Shown: one piece after another, positions 1-9,774 of the stretch
How positions within the stretch are numbered: position 1 is the first letter of the stretch
How the letters are laid out: every line of letters starts with the position of its first letter
Source: Spirochaetaceae bacterium
GTDB taxonomy: Bacteria > Spirochaetota > Spirochaetia > DSM-2461
DNA: 64,000 nucleotides
Direction: 5' to 3'
Assembly: GCA_051531975.1 (NCBI GenBank)
Contig: JAOPTT010000004.1
Location: 226,243 to 290,242 of the forward strand
The notes under the pieces: generated by a model
Databases searched by the model: none
What the model was told of the DNA's origin: nothing
Seen by the model: only the letters and a program-made list of their open reading frames with translations
Translations under genes and position numbers: made by a program

Positions 1-793
1 CCCTTGAGGTATTAATTATTACTTCTCCTCGGTTATTAGCTTCAAAAAAGAGTAAAACTTCTCTGTCGAAGGTGATTTCTCCTTTTTTACGGGCTTCTTT
101 CATAATATTTACGAACCCACCCATAGATAACCTCTCTGACTTGTCCATTATTGATGTGTCATCTTTTAGACTTGGAAATTCATCGGGATGGTTTCGAATA
201 AAATCTTTGACTTTTTCTATGTCAACATTTCCCATCCGTAAATTCATGGTAAGTGGCTGACTTAAACCGTCACATTCTCTTCCTTTTATACAATCAACAC
301 CCGCCATGTATGATAGATCGGCATCTCCTGTCCCATCTATGTAAACCTTTGCGGAATATGATGAAAGTCCCGACTTATTACATACTCTAAGGTTTTCTAT
401 TTTATTCTCTTTTACCGAGACGTCAGCTAACATAGTGTGGTAGAGAAGAGTCCCTCCTGCTTCAAGAAACATCAACTCTAATTCTAGTTTCATTCCCTCT
501 GGATCAAAAGGGGTTACAGAGTAGGTATATCCTGTTGAATCTGAGATATGCCCGGGGGAGAATCCCTTAGATTGCAGTCGATTAATTAGTTCTCCTGTTA
601 TACCCTGGACTACTTGAATATCTCCAGCATGGAATGTCATCATAGGGCCCACTCCCGCACCTGTTAACATGCCACCAAGGTATGCATTTTTTTCTATTAT
701 CAGAGTCTTTACTCCGCCTCGAGCAGCAGCTATTCCTGCTACAGATCCGGAGATACCACCTCCAACGACTATTATATCAAAGTTATTATTCAT
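1..793 (-). CDS. FAD-dependent oxidoreductase (FAD_oxidored-like), runs off the window edge
   Basis: Not in the ORF track. Manual translation from ATG 793 gives MNNNFDIIVVGGGISGSVAGIAAARGGVKTLIIEKNAYLGGMLTGAGV, with a GxGxxG Rossmann motif and a later IDGTGDADL motif. Confidence 0.85.
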   Translation of the reverse strand, partial: MNNNFDIIVVGGGISGSVAGIAAARGGVKTLIIEKNAYLGGMLTGAGVGPMMTFHAGDIQVVQGITGELINRLQSKGFSPGHISDSTGYTYSVTPFDPEGMKLELELMFLEAGGTLLYHTMLADVSVKENKIENLRVCNKSGLSSYSAKVYIDGTGDADLSYMAGVDCIKGRECDGLSQPLTMNLRMGNVDIEKVKDFIRNHPDEFPSLKDDTSIMDKSERLSMGGFVNIMKEARKKGEITFDREVLLFFEANNRGEVIINTSR

Positions 794-799
794 AAAATA

Positions 800-853
800 A
801 TAATATCATAGACAAAGAAATTGTATGTGGGTGTTTTTCATGAGTTTGTGGGA
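800..853 (-). promoter_or_regulatory. Direct-repeat activator box plus extended -10 (copy 1)
   Basis: + strand GTGGGT 827-832 and GTGGGA 848-853 (21-bp period). On the - strand TGaTATTAT lies 18 nt after the proximal box and 6 nt before the ATG. Confidence 0.7.
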
Positions 854-858
854 TGATT

Positions 859-2358
859 TCAGCTTTTAAAGTTTCTTGGACTCTGGCCAAATTTTCTTTT
901 AAAAACTTCGCTAAAATGTCTATAATCAGTGAACCCTACATGCTCTGCGATTTCGTATACTTTTAGATCAGATGTTGTGAGCAGTTTTTCTGCTTCTGCC
1001 ATTCTAACGTCAGTTAAATAGTCTTTGAAATTTTGACCTGTATATTTCTTAAAGTGTCCACTAAGATAATTAGGGTGAAGATATACTAGATCTGCTAGAT
1101 CCTGGAGCCTAATGTTTTCTGAGAAATGACTTTCAATATATTTTTTTATCTTGTCAATTTCAGGATGGGTTTTACTATCTTTATATGATTGGAATTCTAG
1201 ATATATATTTTCTACATGGGAATGGAACCATTTGAAAAGTTCATCGTATGAGAATAGTTTATAAGCTTCGTTTAAAAAGGTCTGATCATCAAGCTCTAAA
1301 ATATTCAACTGTATGTTATCAGCTTCTAGGTTTTTTTTCAGAGAAACCACTGCTCCTAGGCAAAAACTTATAGTAGCTCCTTTATTTCCGAAAGTTACAT
1401 CTTTTAAAACTTTTAGGTATGAATTAGTCGCTTCATCAATAGGCTTACTTGTGCATTTTGTAATTGCTTCTAACAGTCTTTCCTGTCGTGTATAAAGATC
1501 CTCTAGGGAGTAGCGTTTTATCATTGTATTTTTATAGTGAAGAAGTTCCTTCCCATCGTAAAAGAATCGGTTTTTTATAGTTTCCTGAGAGGTTCTAATT
1601 GCCTCATTTATAAAATTAAACCCATCAACGGATTTTCCAGCTGCAACAATTAACCTCTGACCAAGTTTCTCCTTAATAATAATTATTATCTGTTTACTAT
1701 GCCTTTTCATTACAAAATTAAGTTGTTCCTTATTTGTGTGATAATACATAATGAACAGATTATTATCCCTTTCTACAATAAAATGATTTTTCTCCACTTC
1801 TTCAAAATAATCTCGGATAAGATTTACAGCAGAGAAAGAAATTATATTTTGCTCTTTTTCTGTAGATTTTGAAAATTCTTTGTAGTCAATACATACTTGA
1901 ACTATAGAGTAGAATCCAGGGCCCATATCCGGTAATTCAGGAGAGCTTTTACTCTGTATTTCTTGTGCTATGTCTTCTGTTCCTAACCTAGAGGTTTTAA
2001 GTGCTTTTGATAGTGCTGATTTGAGCTGTACCTCGTTTATCGGTTTGAGTAGGTAATCTATCGCACCATATTTTACTGCAGCGTGGGCATATTCAAACTC
2101 GTGAAATCCACTGATAAATATAACCTTTGTCTCAGAATTTTCCGAGTTTAAAATTTTCAGGAGTTCAATACCAGAGAGACCTGGCATGTTTATATCTGAA
2201 ATAAGCAGATCTGGCTTTTTTTTACGAAGTAGTTCCAGGGCTTCGGTTCCATTGGATGCAGTACCAACTATTTTAATCCCCATCTTCTCCCAGTCAATAA
2301 GCTTGTTTAATCCCTTTACTATTATTGGTTCATCATCAGCTAAAATAGCATTTATCAT
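859..2358 (-). CDS. Response regulator, REC plus AraC HTH (YesN-like)
   Basis: ILADDE, SDINMPG and YLLKP receiver motifs; C-terminal AraC HTH (LKVYEIAEHVGF...FKRKFGQSP). Confidence 0.92.
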   Translation of the reverse strand: MINAILADDEPIIVKGLNKLIDWEKMGIKIVGTASNGTEALELLRKKKPDLLISDINMPGLSGIELLKILNSENSETKVIFISGFHEFEYAHAAVKYGAIDYLLKPINEVQLKSALSKALKTSRLGTEDIAQEIQSKSSPELPDMGPGFYSIVQVCIDYKEFSKSTEKEQNIISFSAVNLIRDYFEEVEKNHFIVERDNNLFIMYYHTNKEQLNFVMKRHSKQIIIIIKEKLGQRLIVAAGKSVDGFNFINEAIRTSQETIKNRFFYDGKELLHYKNTMIKRYSLEDLYTRQERLLEAITKCTSKPIDEATNSYLKVLKDVTFGNKGATISFCLGAVVSLKKNLEADNIQLNILELDDQTFLNEAYKLFSYDELFKWFHSHVENIYLEFQSYKDSKTHPEIDKIKKYIESHFSENIRLQDLADLVYLHPNYLSGHFKKYTGQNFKDYLTDVRMAEAEKLLTTSDLKVYEIAEHVGFTDYRHFSEVFKRKFGQSPRNFKS

Positions 2359-4154
2359 ATATTAACTCTCTTTATTACGGGAATTGTAATGGTCATTAGG
2401 GCTCCGGTTCCTTTTCGGCTTGTAATCTCAATACCATAATCACTACCGTATATCAGTTGGATTCTTCCCTGTACATTACTTAACCCGATGTGTTCCCCTG
2501 AAGTATCGCTGGTTAGTGCGGCAATGTTATACATTTTAGCCTGTAGCTCAATCACCTGTTCCTCCGCCATACCAACTCCATCGTCTATAATCTGTATTTC
2601 TAAATTATCATCGATTACGTTGGCACTTAACTTCACTGTGCCCTTTCCATCTTTGGGTTTTAGTCCGTGTACGACAGCATTTTCTACTAAAGGTTGAATC
2701 ATCAGCTTAAGAACTTTTAAATCCAACAGTTCTAATGGAACATCCATATCCAACCTTATCCGCTGTTCATAGCGGTAATGTATGATATCGAAATATCTCT
2801 GCACCATTTCAAGTTCTTGCTTTAGCGTTACTTCTGGTTCGGAATATTCAATCAGATATTTCATCTGTTCAGATAACGCGATGATCATTTTTTGTGTATT
2901 CCCAGCGTTTTCATCGAGAGCTGACATCCGGATTATTTCCAATGTATTGTAAAGATAGTGGGGACGTATCTGGGTTCTTATGGCATTAAGATCGGTTTCC
3001 TTCTGTTTTATTTGGGCTATATAAGCTTTGTTAATGTGATCGTTCAGCCTTTTTACCATTCTGTTAAATGCTTGTGCTAACTGATGGATTTCATCGTGGG
3101 TTTTAACCCTGACCTCAGAAGTCAGATCTCCTGATTCCACGAGCTTCATCTGATTCATAATATTGTGGATAGGTTGAGACAGTTTTTTTGAGAATGCCAA
3201 GGCGATGGATACTAGAGCTATTATTAATAAAGATATGATTAAAAAGCCTAGTTTCTTTGTTTCATTGATTAACTGATAGATGGAACCTTGTTGAAGCTGA
3301 TAAATAATGAGCCAGTCTGCATTTTTTATCTTTCTGTAAAAAAGGTATCCACTATCGGAAAGTATTACTCCATTGTCATCTATTTGAGCCTGGGTTGATA
3401 TTTGATTATAAAAGTCATCAATTTTTGACTGTTCAACCTGTATAGAGGACTTAAATATCGGATAGCCTAGACCATCAAGGACATAAACTTGTTCATCCTT
3501 ATTCATTGATAGTGGGGAAATAATCTCTTTAATAAAATCGGTGTTAACTTCGATGGAAAATATAGAGATAACTTTTTCCACATCAGGAAGATACTTTATG
3601 TCGAGATAATTTCTAACTATACTAATAACAGTTGACTCAGAACGAAAAAAATAGTCTTCTTCGTGGGCTGGAAGTATCGTCAATTTTCTTTTGTTAAATG
3701 GAATCTGTTCTGTTTTAGGGTATCGAGACATATTAAATCCCTCTACAAAGGTAGAGGCATTCTGAGTAAAGTAGTTTTCTATATTTAGGTTTTCATCTAA
3801 TAAAAAAGCACTTTCAATATGTTTTTCTGAGTAAACCGTACTTCTTAGAAAGTCTTCAAGAAGATGGGATTGTCCTTTCTGTTGAATTTCAGTTATAGAA
3901 CCGAATTCCCGTGATTTGTAATTATATATTAACTTACTTATCTGGTTATATTCACTTATTTTCATTTCGATATTTTTACTGGCGTATAAAAGCATTTGAC
4001 TGTAGTTAGAGATCAAATCTTTTTCCATATCATCAGGTAGTGTTTCAAAGATGAAATAGCTAATACCTATAAGGGGTAGTAGGCCTACAATGGCAAAGGC
4101 CAATACAAATTTGACGAATATACTTTTAAATAAATATCGTTTTTCAGGTTTCAT
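2355..4154 (-). CDS. Sensor histidine kinase (YesM/LytS-like: 2 TM, HAMP, His_kinase, HATPase)
   Basis: QIRPHYLYNTL H-box, QPLVENAVVHG, DDGVG and HIGLSNV. Start moved from 4229 to ATG 4154 (MKPEKR), which follows TGaTAGAAT. Confidence 0.9.
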   Translation of the reverse strand: MKPEKRYLFKSIFVKFVLAFAIVGLLPLIGISYFIFETLPDDMEKDLISNYSQMLLYASKNIEMKISEYNQISKLIYNYKSREFGSITEIQQKGQSHLLEDFLRSTVYSEKHIESAFLLDENLNIENYFTQNASTFVEGFNMSRYPKTEQIPFNKRKLTILPAHEEDYFFRSESTVISIVRNYLDIKYLPDVEKVISIFSIEVNTDFIKEIISPLSMNKDEQVYVLDGLGYPIFKSSIQVEQSKIDDFYNQISTQAQIDDNGVILSDSGYLFYRKIKNADWLIIYQLQQGSIYQLINETKKLGFLIISLLIIALVSIALAFSKKLSQPIHNIMNQMKLVESGDLTSEVRVKTHDEIHQLAQAFNRMVKRLNDHINKAYIAQIKQKETDLNAIRTQIRPHYLYNTLEIIRMSALDENAGNTQKMIIALSEQMKYLIEYSEPEVTLKQELEMVQRYFDIIHYRYEQRIRLDMDVPLELLDLKVLKLMIQPLVENAVVHGLKPKDGKGTVKLSANVIDDNLEIQIIDDGVGMAEEQVIELQAKMYNIAALTSDTSGEHIGLSNVQGRIQLIYGSDYGIEITSRKGTGALMTITIPVIKRVNI

Positions 4155-4322
4155 TTCAGAAACAATTCTATCACAGGAATCTCTATGGGCGAAGAGTTTC
4201 GTGAATTTTCGAGATTTATAGTCTTTCACTTTGATATTTTAAGACATCTATTTTATTCTGGCATTCCAACCCTTCCAGTCTCATCGGAAGGGTGTAAGGT
4301 TTGCAGTTATATATGGATGCTG

Positions 4323-5153
4323 TCACCCTTTGGCCGCTCCTGTTGTGAGTCCTTTAACAAAGTATTTTTGTAGCATTACAAATACGATGAAAACGGGAAC
4401 TAGCCCACAGACAACTCCTGCAAAAACAATGTCCCATCTACTGGAGAATTGATCGATAAATGCGTAGATCTCCACGTTAACTGTTTTGGCTTTATGGGAT
4501 GGTAATACAAGCATTGGCATTAGGAAGTCATTCCATATTCCTAGTCCATTTAGTATTATCATTGATGCTGTTACCGGCTTAAGTAGGGGGAATATTATCC
4601 GCCAAAATGCATGAAATACACCACAACCGTCTATAGTTGCCGCTTCTTCAATCTCTATGGGAATGGTTTTCATGAAGCTGGTGAATAGAAGAACTCCAAA
4701 TGGAATTGATCCTGATAGATAGATCATAATTGGACCACCCATGTTACCGTAGAGTCCTAGAACTTTTAACTCCTTAAAAAGGGCAATCATAAAAACCTGA
4801 AATGGTATCATCATGGCAGCTAGAAACATTGAGTAAAGAAAGGGTGTTATCTTCTTATTTCCTCTAGCAATACCGTAGGCAGTCATAGGAATAACGATAA
4901 GTATTGCTATTTCTGATACAACGGTTAAAACTACACTATTCACAAATGCTTGCGGATACTGGGTTTTGGAAAAAAGAAAAATAAAGTTATCGAAATTAAA
5001 CCAGGATTTAGGCATTGCCGTTGGATCTCTCATAATTTCACCATTGCTTTTTAAAGCTGATATAAAGGAGAAATAAAGTGGCATTACATAAAATGCTACA
5101 CCGATTACAACAAGTCCAAATATAATCCACTGGCCGTAGTTTTTCTTTTTCAT
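4323..5153 (-). CDS. Carbohydrate ABC transporter permease (MalG-like)
   Basis: EEAATIDGC EAA loop; hydrophobic; ends KGLTTGAAKG. Confidence 0.92.
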   Translation of the reverse strand: MKKKNYGQWIIFGLVVIGVAFYVMPLYFSFISALKSNGEIMRDPTAMPKSWFNFDNFIFLFSKTQYPQAFVNSVVLTVVSEIAILIVIPMTAYGIARGNKKITPFLYSMFLAAMMIPFQVFMIALFKELKVLGLYGNMGGPIMIYLSGSIPFGVLLFTSFMKTIPIEIEEAATIDGCGVFHAFWRIIFPLLKPVTASMIILNGLGIWNDFLMPMLVLPSHKAKTVNVEIYAFIDQFSSRWDIVFAGVVCGLVPVFIVFVMLQKYFVKGLTTGAAKG

Positions 5154-6034
5154 AGTTGAACCTCTCTTCTTTTAAGTATAACAATCTGTAATAAGGTCAC
5201 AATTAGTACAACACCAAATAGTACAAGGGCTAGGGCAGTTCCATATCCCTGCTTAAGTTCAGCAAAAGCAACTCTATAGATTAGATATGTTATTGATTCC
5301 GTTGCGAATCCTGGACCACCATCGGTCATTACGGCGATCTGGTCGAAGACCTTGAATCCATAAATTAAAGCAAGTGTCATATTTACAGTAAATGAACCAG
5401 ATAACAAAGGAAATGTTATATGTTTGAATTTCTGAACAGCGTTAGCACCATCAATTTGGGCAGATTCAAGAAGTTCCCTTGGAATACTCTGAAGACCCGC
5501 CAAGTAGATAACCATGTAATAGCCACCTCTCTGCCATAACATTACAAATATAATTGACATTATAGCGTGGGGCATTGCACCAAGGAAATTTATTTCTAAT
5601 GGGATACCTATTTTTAATAAAAGGGAATTAATGATTCCAAAGCTGTAGTTGAACATTATTGTCCAGATAAAACCGGAAATAACGCCACTTATCAGTACGG
5701 GTAAGTAAAACATACTCCTGAAAAAACTCTTACCTATTATTACATTATCTACTATCATAGCTAGTCCCAAGGATAGGATATTCGCCAGTATGGTAAAACT
5801 TAGCCCAATTATAATCGAATTTATCAGAGCGTTGTAAAAGCGTTCGTTGGCAAATATTAGTTTAAAATTTGTAAAGCCAATATAGTCGTATTTGGGGTTG
5901 ATTCCATCCCAGTTTGTTAGACTAAGGTTTATACTATTAAAAACGGGAATCACAATAAACGTTATAAATAATATTAGAGCGGGTATAACAAATAATAAGC
6001 ATACGTTCTCTCTTTTCTTTAATAATCCTGTCAT
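5150..6034 (-). CDS. Carbohydrate ABC transporter permease (MalF/UgpA-like)
   Basis: LAGLQSIPRELLESAQIDGA motif; MTDGGPG. Confidence 0.92.
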   Translation of the reverse strand: MTGLLKKRENVCLLFVIPALILFITFIVIPVFNSINLSLTNWDGINPKYDYIGFTNFKLIFANERFYNALINSIIIGLSFTILANILSLGLAMIVDNVIIGKSFFRSMFYLPVLISGVISGFIWTIMFNYSFGIINSLLLKIGIPLEINFLGAMPHAIMSIIFVMLWQRGGYYMVIYLAGLQSIPRELLESAQIDGANAVQKFKHITFPLLSGSFTVNMTLALIYGFKVFDQIAVMTDGGPGFATESITYLIYRVAFAELKQGYGTALALVLFGVVLIVTLLQIVILKRREVQL

Positions 6035-6113
6035 TATTATACCTCATTTTGATCTTGAATTGATAAGAAGATCGAACTCCCTCATGGGAGATCGACCATT
6101 ATTATATTAGTTT

Positions 6114-7424
6114 TTATTTAGTAGGATTGAATTGAGATGCTTCTACGTCCCATTCCTTATCAAGTTTAGCTGTAAACTCATCAACAGTTTTGTCGGAAGT
6201 TACAAATTCTTGGAAAGCTTTGTAGGCATAATTTCTGAATGATCCAGGAAGCTCGTTTTCTCCCCAAAGAGTGTTCCAGTTCCCAGCATTAAAAACACTT
6301 GAGTTCATTGCTGCTGAAACATCAGAAAGAATACTTGATTCGTAAGGTATATCCATCTTTGCTGATGCTGCGGATAATTGGTTTGTTTTTTGAAGATATT
6401 CTGTGTAATTTTCAGGAGCAAACCAAAACTTATTAAATTCTTCAAATGCTTTAACTTTTGCTGGATCCATTGATGCTTCTTTTGAAAGAGCCCAACCAGC
6501 AAGTTTAGGACCGAACATTAGTTTCAGAGTTCCATCGTTATCAGGTATTGGAGCCCAACCTAAGTCAAACTCTGGGTCAGCATCTATAACTTGTTGTATC
6601 ATCCATGTTCCTGAAATAAACATAGCAGCCTTTCCAGTAATTAGGAATGAAGCGATCTGGTTATCTCCAGTACTAAGAAATCCTTTCTCAATATAACCTT
6701 TTTTCCATAAATCGGCATATTCTGTAAAACTAGCCTTCATATCTGGGTCAGAGAAGCTTACTTTTCCTCTGTATCTGTCTGCTGTCCAGTTAGGGTTTTT
6801 AGAGGCAACGTTGTTTACCCAAAAGTGACCCCATGAGAATCCCATATGCCAGCCATCTTTTCCACCTACAACTATAGGAGCAGTTCCACTATCTTTAATA
6901 GTTTCACAAATATTTAGGAAGTCATCATATGTTTTAGGTTCTTTTAGACCTAATTCGTCAAATAATTGCTTATTGTAATAGATTCCTCCGGCAGCCGGAG
7001 CAATGGAGATAGGAGCAACGTAATATTTACCATCAAGTGCAGGAGCTTCTTTAACAAGGCTTTTTACACTTGCTGGAAGTTCTGCTATTTTATTAGCTCT
7101 AACCCATACGGCTGTGTCTCTAGAATCGATCATATCCGGGAATTCACCAACGGCGTCTTTTGTTTTTAGAAATTCTAGGTAGGCACCTGATCCTGAAGGC
7201 ATCTGTATAACATTATACTGAGGGTTTTCTTCCATGAACTTCATTACTCTATCCGCTGTCATTTGCTTAACTAGAGGGTCTCCACCGGCATAACCGAATG
7301 TGATTGTAATCTTTTCTACCTCTGGTACACCTGCATCGGCAGTTTCATTCTGCCCACCTGCGAAGAGTGAAGTTGCCATAAGAGCCATTGCTGCTAATAG
7401 TAAACCTAATTTTTTTAAACTCAC
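6114..7424 (-). CDS. ABC transporter extracellular solute-binding protein (SBP_bac_1-like)
   Basis: Signal peptide ending SLFAGGQNE; GIYYNKQLF, PKTYDDF and GKAAMFISGTW motifs; RBS AAGGAG upstream of GTG. Confidence 0.9.
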   Translation of the reverse strand: MSLKKLGLLLAAMALMATSLFAGGQNETADAGVPEVEKITITFGYAGGDPLVKQMTADRVMKFMEENPQYNVIQMPSGSGAYLEFLKTKDAVGEFPDMIDSRDTAVWVRANKIAELPASVKSLVKEAPALDGKYYVAPISIAPAAGGIYYNKQLFDELGLKEPKTYDDFLNICETIKDSGTAPIVVGGKDGWHMGFSWGHFWVNNVASKNPNWTADRYRGKVSFSDPDMKASFTEYADLWKKGYIEKGFLSTGDNQIASFLITGKAAMFISGTWMIQQVIDADPEFDLGWAPIPDNDGTLKLMFGPKLAGWALSKEASMDPAKVKAFEEFNKFWFAPENYTEYLQKTNQLSAASAKMDIPYESSILSDVSAAMNSSVFNAGNWNTLWGENELPGSFRNYAYKAFQEFVTSDKTVDEFTAKLDKEWDVEASQFNPTK

Positions 7425-7476
7425 TTGTTTCTCCTTTTAGTCCATTATACATGAACTGTATTGTTAATATAAAAAA

Positions 7477-7530
7477 ATAGTACCATGTCAATTTCAGTCC
7501 ATGGTGGGTGAAATTCACTAATTTGTGGGT
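7477..7530 (-). promoter_or_regulatory. Direct-repeat activator box plus extended -10 (copy 2)
   Basis: GTGGGT at 7504-7509 and 7525-7530; TGgTACTAT 18 nt after the proximal box on the - strand. Confidence 0.7.
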
Positions 7531-7538
7531 AAAATTAA

Positions 7539-9101
7539 TTAGTACTCACTTTCAAGAACATGAGCTGCCCATGTTGGGTCAGCAGTTAACCTCTGAATAA
7601 CAGGATCAATATCCCTCTCTAAAATAAGAGTGTTAAATAGTTTCATTTCCATTGAGGATTGAATATTTGAATACTGTGATAGATTATATAGATTATAGGA
7701 CTCTTTAGGATCTTCATTTAAATTGTAGAGTTGTCCACCTGTGTCTCCTGCATAATATACCAGTTTCCAGCCATCGTCTCTTATAAGGACATGCTGATCC
7801 GGAAAGGCAACACTCAGAGTAGAACAGACGTGATGTACAGTTAGAGAAGATCTCATTTTATCCCTATTCCCGCAGAAAAGATCTTTCTGAGAAATTCCAT
7901 CGTAAGGCATAATTGGTAGGTCATTTGAACCCTTTATTCCAGTAAAATCTAGTATTGTAGGAACTATGTCTATAAAAGAAAAAAGGGCATCACTTTTATC
8001 GCCTTTTAGGATATACCCAGGGTATGAGGCTATGAAAGGAACGTTTATGTACTCTTCCCAGCAAACTCCACCTTTAGCCATCATCCCATGTGCTCCCATA
8101 AATTCTCCATGATCTGTAGTAAAAATAACTAGAGTATTATCTCTTTGTCCAGTCTGCTCTAATGCCTGGAGTATTCTACCTACATTTTTGTCTATAAGAG
8201 AGACCGACCCCCAATAAGCCCGTGTTATAATATCTATATCGTTATCATCTGAAATTTTATGTCCTCCACCATCGTAGTCGGGAAACTTTCCATTTTTAAG
8301 GTATTTCTTCATGGTTAGGGGATAGTTTTCTAGGTTAGGGTCATTAGAAAAAGAATCATATGCTGTATCTATAGGTGTATCCTTATACATCTCGTAGTAT
8401 TCAGGAGGTGTCATTAGAGGCCAATGTGGATCAGGAAAACTACTGAAGCAATAAAAAGGTTCATTATTTTTTGATGCCTTTTCTATAAAATCTACTGTTT
8501 GGTTCCCCACATATGTTGAAGAATGTACTTCTTCAGGAATTTGAGTTCTATAGACTCCTTGGCCACAACTTACTGGCGCAGATTTAAGATTTTCCTCGAA
8601 AAAGAGTTTAATTTTATCATCGTGATTTTTTTTCATCCATTGCCCATAGTGACCGGTCAGGGGATTACTATGCCCAAGAATAATATCCACAGATTCAAAT
8701 CCGGCATATGGACCATTCCAGCCATCATATTTTCCATTAACCCAGTCTTCAATAGATTCTTCTGTCCCTTTAGTCTGCTGAGATTTGAAATGAGGTTTAC
8801 CTATGAAATGTGTTAAGTATCCATTTTCTTTTAATATCTCTCCTAAGCATCTCTCCTTGTCAGGAAGACTACTGTTGTGCTGTGTGGCTCCATGATGAAT
8901 AGACTTTCTGCCTGTTATCATAGTATTTCGTGAAGGAATACTAATAGGATTTTCACAATAGGCTTTATCCAAAGTTATTCCTGATTCCGCTAATTTGTCG
9001 AGATTGGGTGTTTTTATTAGCTTATTTCCATATGCTCCCAGGGTTCTTTTTTGCTGCTGATCTGTTGTAATAAACAGTATATTGGTTGGCTTTTTCATCA
9101 T
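7539..9101 (-). CDS. Sulfatase, Ser-type (S-x-P-x-R), no signal peptide
   Basis: NILFITTDQ, NPISIPSRNTMITG, IGKPH, DPHWP and TTDHGE motifs. Confidence 0.88.
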   Translation of the reverse strand: MMKKPTNILFITTDQQQKRTLGAYGNKLIKTPNLDKLAESGITLDKAYCENPISIPSRNTMITGRKSIHHGATQHNSSLPDKERCLGEILKENGYLTHFIGKPHFKSQQTKGTEESIEDWVNGKYDGWNGPYAGFESVDIILGHSNPLTGHYGQWMKKNHDDKIKLFFEENLKSAPVSCGQGVYRTQIPEEVHSSTYVGNQTVDFIEKASKNNEPFYCFSSFPDPHWPLMTPPEYYEMYKDTPIDTAYDSFSNDPNLENYPLTMKKYLKNGKFPDYDGGGHKISDDNDIDIITRAYWGSVSLIDKNVGRILQALEQTGQRDNTLVIFTTDHGEFMGAHGMMAKGGVCWEEYINVPFIASYPGYILKGDKSDALFSFIDIVPTILDFTGIKGSNDLPIMPYDGISQKDLFCGNRDKMRSSLTVHHVCSTLSVAFPDQHVLIRDDGWKLVYYAGDTGGQLYNLNEDPKESYNLYNLSQYSNIQSSMEMKLFNTLILERDIDPVIQRLTADPTWAAHVLESEY

Positions 9102-9108
9102 ATTCTGA

Positions 9109-9162
9109 ATATTATCATGTGATAGATTTTTTATAGTGGGTGATCTACATAATATAGTGGGT
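9109..9162 (-). promoter_or_regulatory. Direct-repeat activator box plus extended -10 (copy 3)
   Basis: GTGGGT at 9136-9141 and 9157-9162; TGaTAATAT 18 nt after the proximal box, then 7 nt to ATG 9101. Confidence 0.7.
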
Positions 9163-9299
9163 AAAGTTAACCAGTGTTGGAATAGCTATTCACTTTTCAT
9201 AAAGTATATAAATTTTTACAAATAAAATCTCGTAATAATAGTCTACTATTTTACATGTGCTTCTTTAATTATAAAAAATAATAGTTTGAAAATATCTTC

Positions 9300-9338
9300 A
9301 TGCAACCGCTTGCATTATGTGGAATCTCATGTTATATT
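9300..9338 (+). promoter_or_regulatory. Sigma70 promoter overlapped by a LacI/cre-type palindrome
   Basis: ATGCAACCGCTTGCAT at 9300-9315; TTGCAT-N17-TATATT with extended TG. Confidence 0.6.
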
Positions 9339-9487
9339 TTAATATATTCGTGTGAAAGAAGTCACTTATTGTTGATATCTTGCCCGAAAGCGGGCAAAAT
9401 CAGATAGTTTATAGCATTATTTGAACTTTTTTCCTAAAAACTATGGAAAAAAGAGTGCATTTTGGTAGTATTTACAGGAGAAAGCGT

Positions 9488-9760
9488 TTGAGTGAAATCA
9501 GCCTAGAAGAAAATTTTGAAAAGTATCTTTTGTCATCCTACTCTTTAGAGCAGAATGAACTTTATCAGTTGTTAGATGAATTGTCTGGAGCTTTTGATAG
9601 CTCTGTTGAAAACTATATTCAGCGAAGACATGTTTCTCTTCAGAAAGAGGGAAAAAAGAATGCTACAATTTACGAAATACTTCAGAAGGAGATAAGAGCA
9701 CAACGTTTTCGTGGACCTGATTTATCAGTCAGGCAGATACGTAGAGCAATCTACGGTTAA
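9488..9760 (+). CDS. Small helical hypothetical protein directly upstream of glmS
   Basis: RBS AGGAG 9476-9480 favours TTG 9488 over ATG 9443; ends LSVRQIRRAIYG, 14 nt before glmS. Confidence 0.75.
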   Translation: MSEISLEENFEKYLLSSYSLEQNELYQLLDELSGAFDSSVENYIQRRHVSLQKEGKKNATIYEILQKEIRAQRFRGPDLSVRQIRRAIYG

Positions 9761-9774
9761 TTTAGGAGAACTAT

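Noticed and set aside
72..260. 62-aa + strand ORF
   Set aside because: Antisense shadow of the FAD oxidoreductase.
4269..6097. Hairpins at 4269-4293 and about 6072-6095 as ncRNAs
   Set aside because: Their positions after the permease and after the SBP fit ordinary terminator or mRNA-stabilising stems.
9375..9410. c-di-GMP-I riboswitch suggested by GGGCAAA and GAAA
   Set aside because: The elements are in the wrong order and the second stem is missing.
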